Below, in pieces: positions 1-12,867 of a stretch of 64,000 nt of DNA. The stretch spans positions 27,654,001 through 27,718,000 of the forward strand of contig NC_086118.1 of the NCBI RefSeq assembly GCF_963921235.1. Reading direction: 5' to 3'. Source of the DNA: Mobula hypostoma (lineage: Eukaryota). A model generated the notes under the pieces. That model had not been told where the DNA came from and searched no databases. It worked only from the letters and a program-made list of their open reading frames with translations. Every line of letters starts with the position of its first letter. The first letter of the stretch is position 1. A program made the position numbers and the translations under genes.

Positions 1-413
1 ATGTTCTGTGTTGCAAATATTTAATGCAAGATGTACTGCAGGAAAGGCAGATGAGCTTAGGACATGGATCAACACATGGAATTGCACAAACGTAGTATTG
101 TAGCCACTAATGAGACTTAGCTGCGGGAGGGACAGGACTAGCAGCTCAATTTTCTGGGGTTCCTTTATTTTAGATGCCACAGAGCAGGCGGGATTAAAGG
201 GGAAGGGTATTGTTACTATTCAAAGAAAATGTCATGGCATTGCTTGGTCAGGACAGACTGAAGAACTCAGCTAGTGAGGCTTTATGGTTGGAACCGAGAA
301 ATAAGAAAAGTATGACCATGTTAATAGGGCTATAATTATAGACCCCCCCCAACAGTCCACAGGAATTAGAGGAATAAGTTTGTAGAGAGATTGCAGACTG
401 TTGCAAGAAACAT

Positions 414-1095
414 GTTGTTGTTGTTCGTCCTTCGTAGTCGAAGATGACCATGGCTTCAAAGTCAAATGGGAGATTGGTGGCTGTGGGTCCAGAGGTGACT
501 GATGAGGCCGATCCCGGCCCTGAAGGCTCACCCACATGTGGGACACAAGTGAGTGGGTGCTGTCGTGGCAGTGGATGCTGCTCGGGCCTTGCGCACAGCA
601 CGCTTTCGTTGCGCCTCGATGATGCACCTGACTTCAGCTGCACGGGCTCCTGTGGTGATCTTGCTGCGCTAAGCTGGACGGTCGAGGGCAAGCGTCTCCC
701 ACGTGTTGATGTCGACACCCAGGCCTTTGAGGGACGCTTTGAGGCAGTCTTTGTAACGTTTCTTCTGCCCCCCGACTGAGCGCTTGCCCTGGCACAGTTC
801 TCCGTACAACAGCTGCTTAGACAATCGGCTGTCTGGCATTCTGACCACATGTCCAGCCCACCTGGCTTGGGCTTTCAGCAGGAGGGTGTAGTCGGTGCAG
901 AGCCCAGCTCATTCCAGGATTTCCGTGTCGGGGACTTTGTCCTGCCACCTGATGTGGAGGAGTCTGCGGAGACAGCTCAGGTGAAAGTGGTTGAGCTGTT
1001 TGGTGTGTCTGCTGTAGACAGTCCAGGTCTCGCTGGTGTAAAGGAGGGTGGTAAGGACCACTGCACAGTAGACCTTCAGCTTGGTGGTAAGGCAT
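414..1095 (-). mobile_element. RTE-clade LINE, 5'-truncated 3' fragment with (CAA)n tail
   Basis: Near-identical to 33001..33686; tail reads gttgttgttgtt on +; 7-bp TSD GAAACAT at 407..413 and 1096..1102. Confidence 0.85.
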
Positions 1096-1860
1096 GAAAC
1101 ATAAGGTTGTTATTGTAGGTAATTTTAGCATCCACATATTGACTGGGACTCCCATACTGTTAAAGGACTCTATCAGATAGAGTTTGTGAAATGTGTTCAG
1201 GAAAGTTTGCTTCATTAGTACATGGAAGTCGCAATGAGAGAGTGTGCAATACCTCACCTGCTGTTAGGGGAGGATTCAGGGCAGGTGACAGAAGTTTGTG
1301 TAGGGGAACACTTTGCACCTAGTGATTATAATGCTATTCGTTTCAAAGTAAATATGGAAAAATATAGTTATGGTCTGTGTTTGGAGATTGTAATTGGAAA
1401 AAGGCCTGTTGAGATGGTATCAGAAAGGTTTTGGCAAGTGTGGACTGAGACAGGGTATTTTCTGGCAAAGAAGTTCTAGGCCTTCAAAAGTGAAATTTGG
1501 AGGGTACAGATCTTGTATGTGCCTGTCAGAATAAAAGGTAAAAATGACCGGTTTAGGGAACCTTGGCTTTCAAGTGATATTGAGGCACTCATTAAAAAAA
1601 GGTGGTTGCATTCCAGGTATAGACAGGCAGGAACAAATGAGGTACTTATGGAGTATAAGAAATGCAAGAGAACCCTTAAGAAAGAAAGAAGGAGGGCTAA
1701 AAACAAGACATGAGGTTGCCCTAGCAGACAAGTTAAAGGAGAATCCGAAGGGATTCTACAGATATGTTAAGTGCAAAAGGATTCCAAGGAGCAAAAATGG
1801 TCCTCTGGAAGATCAGAATGGTAATCTATGCACGGAGCCAAAAGAGATAGGGGAGATCTC

Positions 1861-2035
1861 ATCACAAACAAGAGAAAATCTGCAGATGCAGGGAAGATTA
1901 AAGCTTCTTCAGGGTAGGCATCCCTGGAAGAGACTTCGCAGAACTGCTGAAGGTTTTCGGCCTGAAACATCGACTGTATTCTTTTCCTAGATGCTGCCTG
2001 GCCTGTTGAGTTCCTCCAGAATTTTGTGTGTGTTT
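1861..2035 (+). mobile_element. Penelope-like element terminal fragment with short inverted end and degenerate hammerhead
   Basis: Begins with reverse-oriented terminus acaaacaagagaaaatctgcagatgc, then CTGCTGA-AGG..CCT-GAAACATCGACT (1944..1975). Confidence 0.7.
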
Positions 2036-2670
2036 TAGGGGACTTGGGAGATGGAAGTGAGGCAAGGCAGCAGCGAAGTCATGAACCCTATACAGATTAC
2101 AGAGGAGGAGATGGTTGCTGTCTTGAGGTAAATTAGGGTGGATAAGTCCCCAGAAAGTGACAAGGTATTCCCTTGGACCCTGTGGGAGGCAAGTGTAGAA
2201 ATTGCAGGAGCCCTAGCGGAGATATTTAAACCATCTTTTGTTTCAGATGAGGTACCATAGGATTGGATGATTGCTAATATTGTTCCCCTGTTTAAGAAAG
2301 GTTCTAAACACAAACCAGGAATTTATAAGCTGATGAACCTGACATCTGTAGTGGGAACGTTATCAGAAGGTATTCTAAGGGACTGGATATGTGACTTTTC
2401 GGGTAGACATGGACAGATTAGGGATAGTCAGCATGGATTTGTGCATGGTAGGTCATGTCTAACCAATTATACAGATTTTTTTGAGGAATTTACCAAGAAA
2501 GTTGATGAAGGCAAGGCAGTGGATGTTGTCTACATGGACCCTAGCAAGGCATTTGACAAGGTCCGCAAGGGTTGTTGTTCAAAAAGGTTCAGTCCCTTGG
2601 CATTCAAGATGAGACAATAAATTGGATTAGACATTGGCTTTGTGGGAGGAACCAGAGACTGGTAGTAGCT

Positions 2671-2931
2671 GCAACACACATAAAAATTGCTGGTGAACGC
2701 AGCAGGCCAGGCAGCATCTATAGGAAGAGGTACAGTCGACGTTTTGGGCTGAGACCCTTCATCGGGACTAACTGAAAGAAGAGATAGTAAGAGATCCCAC
2801 TTTCACATCTCTTACTATCTTCTCTTTCAGTTAGTCCTGACGAAGGGTCTTGGACCGGCACGTTGACTGTACCTCTTCCTAGAGATGCTGCCCGGCCGGC
2901 TGCGTTCACCAGCAATTTTTAAGTGTGTTGC
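2671..2931. mobile_element. Fold-back pair of Penelope-like terminal repeats (~125-bp inverted arms, 11-bp spacer)
   Basis: 2671..2795 is the approximate reverse complement of 2807..2931; the arms match the end of the PLE at 57534. Confidence 0.85.
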
Positions 2932-3064
2932 CTAGATTAAAGTGTATGTTCTATAGGGAGAGGTTGAAAAAAATCCTCTGGACTGTTGGAAATGAATGGG
3001 AAATTTACAAAATTGTGAGAGGTGTAGATGAAAAAACAGTGTCATTTTCCAGAGGTAGAAATAT

Positions 3065-4965
3065 TGAATACTGTTCTTGAACCTGGTGGTGTAGGTCCGG
3101 AGGCTCCTGTACTTTCTTTCTGATGGCAGTGGTGAGAATGGAGCATGACCTGGGTGGTGGGGGTTCTTGATGATGGATGCTGCTTTCTTGCAACAGCACT
3201 TCATGTTGGTATAGACTGATTTGTTACCATCTTTGATTCAGCCGGTGACAGTGGTGTTGTCAGTAAACATAAATATGGAATTGGATCTGTGCTTAACTTC
3301 ACAGCCATAATGTACTCAATGGTGGGGAGAACTTTTACATAATGGACTGGGCCATATCCATTACATTTTCCATTAAAGGGCATTGTGTTTCCATACTAAG
3401 CCGTGATGCAAACAATCACTAAATTCTCCACCACACAGCTGGCAGAATTTTGTCAGGTTTTAGATGTCATGCCGAATTTCTCATACTTCTAAGGAAGTAG
3501 AGGCGCTGCTGTGTTTTCCTCATAATTGCACTTCCGTGCTGGGCCCAGGACAGATCCTCTGAATTGATAACACAGAGGAAGTTAAAGTTGCTGATCCTCT
3601 CCACCACTGATCCCCTGATGCAGATTGGCTTATGGACCTCCAGTTTCCTCCTCCTAAAGTCAGTAATCTGCTCCTTGGTCTTGCTGGCATTAGTGAGAGG
3701 TTGTTACAGTCCGATAGCGCTCCTGCGCTGATAGAGACTGTGGAAGCACTGTTGTTGCCAATCCCAACTGACTGGAAAGATCCAATTGCACAAGGGGGTA
3801 TTGAGGCCAAGGTCTTGAAGCTACTGATTAGTTCTGAGGGGATGATAGCGTTGAATGCCAAGCTGTAGTCAATGAAGAGCATCCTGACGTATGCTTCTTT
3901 GCTGTCCCGATATCCACGGATGAATGAAGAGCCAATGAACTGCCATCTACTCTGGATCTGTTGCACCGGCAGGGAAATTGAAGCAGATCCAAGTCGCTTC
4001 TCAGGTAGGAGTTGATATGTTTCATCGCCATCCTCTCAAAGCACTTCATCACAGTGAATATACTGTAAGTGCTACTGGGCAATAGTCATTGTGGCAAGTT
4101 ACCATGTATAATTGAAGCCTACTTAAAGCAGGAGGGTACCTCAGATTGCCAAAGTGAGAGGTGAAAGATATCACTGAACACTCCAGCCAGTTGATCAGCA
4201 CAGTTCTTAGTACTTGGCAAGGTACCCCATCTGGGCTGAATTCTTTCCATGGGATCACCCTCCAGAAGGATACTCTCTCATCGGCCTCCAAAACTGCAAT
4301 CACAGGGTCATCAGGAGCTGTGGGATTTCGTGAAGATTTCTTCACGTTTTGGTTGTCAAAGCGAGCATAGAGGGCATTGAGATCATCTGGGAGTGAAACA
4401 TTTTTGTCACCTATGTCATCTGGTTTCACAACAGCCCTGCTGAGCATCCCCCAGTTTGGTCCAGAATTGCCACTTCACACGTGAGATGGCTTTCTGGAAA
4501 TCATACCTAGGCCTCTTTTACCTTAATTGGTCGCCAGACCTGAATGCCATTGATCTGGACCTCGGCAGATTGTGGATCTCTCAGCTGATCTAGAGCTTCT
4601 GGTCAGGAAAGGCAGAGTGATTTTGTGGAGGTACACTTGACAATGACAGCTTTAGTAAAGTCTGTAACATCTGTGGTGTATTCATTCAGATGCTCTGATG
4701 AGTCCATGAACACGGCCCAATCCAATGACTCGAAGCCATCCTGTAGCCGTTCCTCTGCCTCCTGCAACCATCTCTTTGCTGTTCTTATCTCCAGAGCCCT
4801 GCTCTTTAGCCTCTGCCTGAATGTAGGAAGTATAAGGACAGCCAAGTGACCAGATTTTCTGAAATGCAGTCTAGACATGGAGCAGTAAGTATCCCTAATC
4901 ATAGTATAGCAGTGATGTAGTGTATAATCTCTGGTGCTACAGATTATATGCTGATGGTAATTGGG
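3065..4965 (-). mobile_element. Rex1/Babar-like LINE remnant
   Basis: Fragments YVRMLFIDYSLAFNAIIP, VMKCFER, KAASIIKNPHHPGHAPFSPLPS..RTYTTRFKNS. Confidence 0.75.
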
Positions 4966-5700
4966 CAGAAATTTAATCTTCAGGATAAGCCTCCCATGAA
5001 GGACCTTATCAAACACCTTGTAAAATCCATTAAAACAACATCCAAAGCTATATCTTCATCCATCACTCTGATCACATCATCAAAAACTCAATGAACTTAA
5101 CAAGACATGACATAAAGCTATGCAGGCTCTCCCAATGCTCATAAATCTGTCACAGCTACAGAATCTCCTGTATGTTCCCCTATCACTCTGCCTGACTTTA
5201 TTACACTTCCCTGCTAGGCCTCAGAGCCTGACACAGTGTTACAGGCCTGGCTGCTGCTGCTGTGCGCTGGTAAGTCATCATCCCCTCTAGCAGTATCCAA
5301 GGGGAACCCTGCACTGACTGCTTGTTTGCCTTACTTCTCCTGGTGCTCACCCGTCGAATATCTGAAAGCCTGCAGGCTGGGCGTGCCCACCTCAGCTAAA
5401 GTTCCATCTGTCAGGTTGTCAGCCTCCCGGATGGTCCTCAGTACATCCAGCTCCAGCTCCAGCTTATTGATCTTGTCTGTTAGGACCTGAAGTTGGGTGC
5501 ACTTTCCACAATGTAATCATCAGGGAGAACGTTAGGCACCCTGAAATCCCACATCTTACAAGAGTAGCATTCCACTGCTCCAACTACCATCCTAAAATGA
5601 AACCCAAGAATTAAGAACTACCATGAATCAAGAATTAGGGACTTACAGATAACAAAAAGAAGCCGACCTGCCTTCTCACTGAAACCTTTGAGTTTCACTC
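4966..5700 (-). mobile_element. CR1 remnant (short RT piece plus ORF1 zinc-finger/leucine-zipper region)
   Basis: FDKVLHGRL fragment; minus strand of ~5400..5590 resembles the ORF1 at 31702 (ELELD..IREA). Confidence 0.6.
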
Positions 5701-6149
5701 TCACTTCTTAGTTACTTACCCAGTCCCTTCTCACCTCACTCACTATACCTTTGGCTCTAACTTCTCAAACCTAGGTTCTACAATCAAAAACAAGTGATAA
5801 CAAATGAGTCAAAAGCACCCTTAGTCCCTGCCTGTGCTTGCTGGAGCCTGCTAAGTCAAAGCCTCCTATTCTAACACTGGCCCACTCCAACAATGTCAAA
5901 CAATAGTTTGATGCATCCTTATAAACCTAAGATGTGTCATTTTCTTAGAAGGATAGATGGAACATTCCGTACTTCCAGTCTACGTAGGTCACTCGGTCTC
6001 CTTTTGTTCATTGTTTGTTGAATGAATTGCCACCACCACTTCCTGTTGTCAAACAATTCTCTTAAGCTTCATCATCTTCACTGCCAATTTCCATCCTGTT
6101 CTCATTCACCTTGTCAGTCTAAAATTCATTATCTCCATTTTAGGGGAAA

Positions 6150-7500
6150 GGTTAGAACATACAAAAATAGATGCAGAATTAGGGCATTTGGCCCCTCACA
6201 ACTGCTCCATAATTCAATAAGATCACCTCTGATCTTTTACTTCAGTGTTGCTTTCCTGCACTAACTCCCTAGCCCTTTGATCTCTGTCTTAAATATGTCT
6301 TGTCTGGCACTTAATTGAAGTCTGTCTGAGTGGTCAAATAAACCACATCTATTCACTCTTCTTATCTACTCTCTTAGTTACAATTTCCAAACTCTGACAA
6401 ATATGTCATACATATTTCCCTTACACAAACCTATACTGACTTTGTTCATTCCTTTTATTAATTTAAGTGCACTGATACAGATTTGTTAATTATAAATTCT
6501 AGCATTTTCCCTACTGCTCTACAACATCCCATTTTCCCTCTTCCTCTATTCTTAATTAGCACGCAGTAGTTTTTGCACCCTCCAATCTATGCAAAACACT
6601 CCCAAATCTGTGAAATGTCAGCAAATACAACTGCCATCTCTTCTTGGTGTGCAGGTCATCAGATCTGACTATTTATAGGCTTTCAATCTATTACATTCTC
6701 TAACATTACTTCTTGAGCCATTAGTATATTCTTTAGCTCTTCATTCTATCTATTGTTCTCCACATTTTCTGGATGAATGCTTGTTTAATTTCTCTGTCAT
6801 TCTTCCCTTTCCCTATATATTATGTTTCTCCATTCTCAGTTTGCAAGGGATTCTCCTTTCGCTAATAGTTATTTTTTACATATTTAAGTATGCTTTGCAG
6901 TCTTCTTAATGTTTCTTGCTAGATAGCTTATTTTTAAATTTGATTTTCCCTCAACTTCTTGATGGTGCTTTGCTGCATTCTGAAATTTTCTTAATCCTTG
7001 GGCTTACTACTTTTTTTTGTGTTTCATTTTAGAGTTTTTATTTGCTTGATACTCTCTTTATTTTCTCTTGCTACTGGATGGACCACTTCTTTTATTCTAT
7101 AAAGGAATATATATTTAGTATGAATTATTGTATTAATAATTTGAGTATTAGTCTTGCCTTTTAATGTAGTTTCTCAATCTACTACAATCAAGTTACACAA
7201 CATACTATATAGTGGCCATTGATTAGATTTTAGATTCTGTTTTGGAATTAACTAAATCACTTTCAATCTTTATACACAAATTCTTCCACATTATAATCAC
7301 TTTTTTCTTAATGTCTTTTAAGATACACAATATTAATTAATCCTTTATCATTATACAATTTAACAAATAGCCTGATCTCTTGATTCTTCGTCAAAAATAC
7401 TGATTCTGAAGTACGTTCCATAAATTTGTTTTCTGCGTGATTACTGTTAATTTACCCACTCTATACATAGGTTAAGAGAACTCACAATATTACTTTCACT
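6150..7500 (-). mobile_element. Old, highly decayed CR1-like LINE
   Basis: CR1-like 3' end near 6150 (agaacatacaaaaatagatgcagaattagggcatt) and AT-rich decayed ORF2-like sequence. Confidence 0.4.
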
Positions 7501-7544
7501 TTTCTTACATATATGCTTAACTTATTTGTTTATTATACCTAGCA

Positions 7545-7830
7545 CAGCAACCCAAGTTCAATCTTGACTTCGCCTTCTGTCCAAGTTTATGACTGCATGA
7601 GTTTCCTCCATCTGTTCTAATTTACCTTCCACAATGCAAAAATATACGGTAGGTAAGTTAAGCGGCCACTATTATTTGTCCCTTAATAGTAGCACCTGGA
7701 GAGAGTAGAAGGGATTATGGGGAGACCAGGACATGGTGGAAAATTAGTTGAGAAATTGGCCAACGTAAACCTTATGGGCAGAAATTGATTTGAAGGGCTG
7801 AAATGGCTCACTTCAAAGTTGTAAGGAATA
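7545..7830 (+). mobile_element. Decayed V-SINE/HE1-like SINE fragment
   Basis: gtttcctcc...aggtaagttaagcggccact..ttgtccctt resembles the V-SINE central domain; similar pieces near 13660 and 28770. Confidence 0.4.
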
Positions 7831-8589
7831 TGATGTGAACTACTGTATGCCACACATTACCGCTATTGTCTAAGTGCTTACGTACAGCTCTCTCCATTAT
7901 TTTATACCCCATGTATTTTTTAGCTTCAATCAAACTGATTGTGCTCCATTTTTTCCTTTGTACTGTTTTCTATATATCCTTGAATATGGGGATGTATAAG
8001 TAACAATATAAAACTACTTCTCAGTTTCCATTTTCCACATCTCTTCTAAAATATTTAATTCATAAAATTGGTTATTTTGCAACCATGTTTCCATAACAGT
8101 TGTTGGATTGTACAAGTTATTTCTATGTGTGCTATTAATTAATTTATTTTGTCTTTCTACCTGCTCTGTCTTGATCTCTTATTTTGTGTACTCCATTCTT
8201 GTATATCCATTCTGCTTTCGTTCACACAGGCTGCAAGATGGGTCAATCTGTTGGACAAGTGCAATGAATCTTCCAGCCAACTTCTGGTTTTCCATGATGG
8301 GTTGATTTGTAGTTATTCCTTACTGTCCCTCTGGACTGACTAGTTCTGCAATACTTAATCTAAAAGGTGTTGCAGCCACCTGGAATTAAGTATGCAGATA
8401 ATCACTGTCTCCATGATACTATGCAATGCTGACATCTTGAATTCAATCTCCAGTCTGAGCTGAAGTTCCCCATGCTGCAGAGATTTACTACAAATGTCAT
8501 TGCCATAGATGAGCATGGTTTTCTTTAGCCCCAAACAACCGCAGCAGCCACACATCATCTGCTCTGCCATGTCTGTTCAACTGTAATTG

Positions 8590-9630
8590 ATGCAAAATGG
8601 CTTGGCATGTCAAGAAACTTGAGAGTTGTGGACAGAGCTCAGTACATCATGGGAACTATCCTCCCCTCCCTATGTCCAGCATAATCAACGACCCTAGCCA
8701 CCCTGAATATTTTTTCTTCTCCTCTCTCCCACGAAGAAGGAGAAACATAAGCCTAAAAGCATGTACCACCAGGCTCAAGGATTGTTTCTATCCCGCTATT
8801 ATAAGATACTTGAATGGACCTCTTGTATGATAAGATGGACTCTTGGCCTCACAATCTACCTCATTATAAAACCATAAGACCATAAGGTATAGAAGCCGAA
8901 TTAAACCATCTGGCCCATCGAGTCTGCTCTGCCATTCAATCATGGCTGATCCCTTTTTCCCCTCTTCAGCCCTGGGCTTCTCCTCATAACCCTTGATGTC
9001 GTGTCCAAGCAACAGCCTATCAATCTCTGCCTTAAGTACACCCAATGTCCTGGCCTCCAGAGCTACCTGTGGTAACAAATTCTGCAAATTCACCACCCTC
9101 TGGCTAAAAAGGTTTCTCCACATCTCTCTTTTAACTGGATGTCCCTCTATCCTGAAGCCGTGCCCTCTTGTCCTAGACTCCCCACCCATGGGAAACATCC
9201 TTTCAACATTCAAGTGGTTTCAGTGAGATCCCCCTCATCCTGCTAAATTCCAACAAGTACAGGCCCAGAGCCATCAAGTATTCTGTGTATGATAACCCTT
9301 TCATTCCCAGAATCATCCTTGTGAACCTCCTTGGAAACCTCTCGAAGTCTAGCACGTCTTTTCTTAGATAAGGAGCCCAAAGCTGTTCACAATACTCAAG
9401 GTGAGGCTTCACCAGTGCCTTATAAAGCCTTACAGTTCATGATCTTATAGTTCATCATTTACCTACACTGCAATTTTATGGTGGATTTTACACTTTATAC
9501 TGCATTGTTATCATTTTACCTTATTCTAGCTCAATGCTCTGTGTCATGTTTTGCTCTGCATGATCAATATGCAAGACAAACTTTTCACTATATTTTTGTA
9601 CATTTGACAATAATAAACAAATATTAATAA
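8590..9630 (+). mobile_element. Rex1-like LINE 3' fragment, split by a CR1 insert
   Basis: SIINDPSHP..FSSLP..CTTRLKDCFYPAIIRYLN at 8597..8830; 3' end resumes ~9430..9630. Confidence 0.6.
8872..9430 (-). mobile_element. CR1 LINE 3' fragment
   Basis: PHLEYCEQLWAP, ESRTRGH, FSQRVVNL; (ccataaga)n tail. Confidence 0.85.
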
Positions 9631-11292
9631 TGCCAAAACAAGTAGGGCTGAGCCTTTTCTTGACCTATTGTCTTTCATTATCCAATATGACCGACTTCAA
9701 CCAGTTCCACATGACAGGCTACATGTTTATCACTTTATACAACTTCTTCACTTTTGCAAGTAAAAACTACAAAATTAATAAAATCTAGTAAATAAATTAA
9801 ATAAAACAAATAAATATCTTAAATTAAATCACCCCTCTTACTCTATGATGCTTATCTTTAGTAGACTGCACTCACTGGCACTGTAAATATGCTGTGCCTT
9901 AGCAAATTCCACAGACTGATATCCCAAATGTTCAGATGTTGCAAAAGAATTCCATTTACTCTGAAAATGTAACCATGACCACTTTAGTTTACTATCCTAT
10001 TTCTACTTTAACCCATCTTTGTCCTCTTACTTTGAAGCAGTAAGGTTAAGAAACTCCATTTTATCTCCTGATTAGGCACATTACAGCCTTTTCGACAGCA
10101 AAGAATCGAAATTTTTACTTCAAATTTCTGGCGTTTATTCTTTTTTCTCACCTCTTCCAGTAATCTGAGATTTCATTTGTCTCTTTAAATTTAATCTTCC
10201 TGCAGATATACATTATATGATTTACCAGCTTCTTTCAGCGGAATCCACTTCCATGTTTGTTATTCCATCTCTCCTACCGTCTCTCTGTCCATTTTTGCTT
10301 ATTCTATATCCACCCTGCTAACACTCACCGTCACCTCTGCCCTAACTTCCCCCCATTCTTTTCTGCAACTCAAAACATTTTTTGTCTGTTAAGTTTTCTT
10401 TGATTTAAGGTCATTAATTGGAAGCATTTCCCCACCACAAATGCTGAATATTTCTGGTAGTTTTGCTTCATTTCACTACTTGAATTAAAGCTAAATCTCA
10501 TAACCACAAATCCTGATTTGCAAGGATAAACAATAGGCCCCTAAAAGAGCAATTAATTTAAAATACAGTTATTCACTCCCTGCATATTTTCATAATGCAT
10601 GAAGACACACTGATCACAAACTATTACAAATCATAATAAAATTACCCTTATTCACTCTATCAGCACTCATTTTCCAAGACAATACTTATATGGGTTGGCC
10701 TTCTTCCCCCCATTTTCATGAAAATAAATATTTTGAAAAGACAGAGACCTTTTTGTCATGACCTTTCAACTACTTTACAGAAGGATGGTGTTCTATAAGA
10801 GAGGTGACTTTACTAAAATAGAGACCATTAGATTCTAATGCAAATTACCTTTTATTATCCTATCACTTCGGAACTATCTTGTCAGATCTTCTCAATTAAA
10901 CAAGTGTTCATCTCTTCAAATTTCATTTATCATTTATTTGTTGCATTTGCCTCTCAATTATGTACATATCTGACTTGAAATATGAGTTAATGTTGCTGAT
11001 AAATAGAATCTCTCAAAATTCATCATAAAAAAACAAATATTGCCTTTGATTCTTAATCTTATTCTGACATTCACACATTCCCAATGGTCTGCATTTCTGC
11101 TGTTAATTTAATTATTTGATTTTATTACAATACACCAGATGGACTTACAGTTGGCATGCACCAGTGACTAATAGTATATTGAGATCAAATTTTGAAAACA
11201 ATTAAAAATGCACAGTAAAATACAAATTAAAACCATTGTCCCATTTATTTACACAGTCTCAATCTTCTACTCAGTAAGTATGAACCTGTAAT

Positions 11293-12867
11293 TGTCATGG
11301 TCCGGTCCGTGAAGTCCGTATTCAGGTTCACAGTCCGGTCCATCGACCCTCACTCCAGGTTTTCCTGTCTACCCTGTTTCTGTTCTTGTTGAGCTCTAAT
11401 TGAGGCAGCTGATGCTCGTTGGGGCTGGCTGCATAAATACCTTCAAAGACCAGGGCGTGTGTGCTGGATTGTTCTTGTCCTTACTCCTTATATCCCTTCC
11501 TCTGCCTTCTGCTTCCTCGCCTGAAGCCCTGCCTTGTCTTGCCAGTAACTCTTGCCTCGCCTGAAGTTCTCATCTCGACTTGCTTTGCCAGAAGCCTTGC
11601 CTTGTCTTGCCGGTAACTCTCGCCTCACCTGAAGTTCTCTTCTCGCCTTGCATTGCCTGAAGCCTTGCCTAGTCTTGCTGGTAACTCTCGCCTCGTCTCG
11701 CCTGCAGTCTTGTCCTGGAGCCACCCTGTAGCTAGCTCCCTTCCTGTCCTTTGCCTCTGCCCAGGTAAGCCAGGCCGTCTTGCCGTTACCTGCGGTTGGT
11801 TCTGTCCCTTCCTGTCCCTTGCCTCCATCGGGTAAGCCAGGTCATATTGCCGATACCTGCAGTTGGTTCTGTCCCTTCCTGTCCATTGCCTCTGTCGGGT
11901 GGTGATCCGCGCCCTGCCCGGGAGTACTGCGCCCTGTCCAGGAGGAGCCTCTAGCCTCAAGCCTGAAGACTCCAGCTTCCTGCCTCCTGCCAAGCCTCAC
12001 CTCAAGTCTCTAGCCTCTAGCCTCAAGCCTGAAGAGTCCAGCCTCCTGCCTCCTGCCAAGCCTCGCCTCAAGTCTCCAGCCTCTAGCCTCAAGCCTGAAG
12101 ACTCCAGCCTCCTGCCTCCTGCCAAGCCTCGCCTCAAGTCTCCAGCCTCTAGCCTCAAGCGTGAAGACTCCAGCCTCCTGCGACCTGCCAAGCCTCGCCT
12201 CGTCTCCAACCTCTAGCCTCCTGCCAAGCCTCGCCTCAAGTCTCTAGCCTCAAGCCTGAAGACTCCAGCCTCCTGCCTCCTGCCAAGCCTCGCCTCAAGT
12301 CTCCAGCCTCTAGCCTCCTGCCAAGCCTCGCCTCAAGTCTCTAGCCCCAAGCCTGAAGACTCCAGCCTCCTGCCTCCTGCCAAGCCTCGCCTCAAGTCTC
12401 TAGCCTTTAGCCTCAAACCTGCAGTCTCCAGCCTCCTGCCAAGCCTCGCCTCGAGTCTCTAGTCTCTAGCCTCAAGCCTGAAGACTCCAACTTCCTGCCT
12501 CCTGCCAAGCCTCGCCTCATCTCTAGCCTCAAGTCTGAAGACTCCAGCCTCCTGCCTCCTGCCAAGCCTCGCCTCTAGTCTCTAGCCTCAAGCCTGAAGA
12601 CTCCAGCTTTGTCCTGCCTGCCAGCCAAGCCTCGTCCTTGCCTAGTTCTGGAGTCCGAGCCAGAGGCAAGACCCAGGTACTGGGTCCTTGTCCGGTCTCT
12701 GGCTCGGAGTCCAAGCCCGGGCTCCTAGCTCTCTTGTCCAGTCCTGTTCTGGGTTCCCGGTTTTCGTGTCCATGTCCTTGCCCTCACCCTGTATCCTAGT
12801 CCTGTCCCTAGTACTTCAGTGTCTGTGTCTTGCACTTGGGTCCGTTCCTAGCCCCTGCTGTATGACA
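11293..12867 (+). mobile_element. Solo-LTR-like element (probably Gypsy-type) containing tandem arrays
   Basis: Termini TGTCAT...ATGACA; 5-bp TSD GTAAT at 11288..11292 and 12868..12872; TATA-like CATAAATA near 11432. Confidence 0.8.
11947..12610. repeat. Minisatellite, 66-bp unit with deletion variants
   Basis: Unit gcctctagcctcaagcctgaagactccagcctcctgcctcctgccaagcctcgcctcaagtctcca; translates as a repeated 22-aa ASSLKPEDSSLLPPAKPRLKSP. Confidence 0.95.

Larger units (their letters stand above)
1..2668 (+). mobile_element. CR1-clade LINE ORF2 remnant (endonuclease to RT), degenerate; interrupted by RTE (414..1095) and Penelope-like (1861..2035) inserts
   Basis: ORF fragments ANIVPLFKKG, QHGFVHGRSCLTN, AVDVVYMDPSKAFDKV; many stops and frameshifts. 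Confidence 0.85.

Noticed and set aside
248..1097. Long ORFs 248..850 and 444..779, and their twins near 33000
   Set aside because: Alternative frames of the RTE fragment.
9930..10470. Very old Penelope-like remnant (similar sequence near 38700..38960 and 61020..61240)
   Set aside because: Too decayed to assign boundaries or family with confidence.
11947..12610. CRISPR-like array or repetitive protein gene (ORFs 11863..12216, 11997..12209)
   Set aside because: No unique spacers and a eukaryotic context; open frames follow from a stop-free 66-bp unit inside an LTR-like element.
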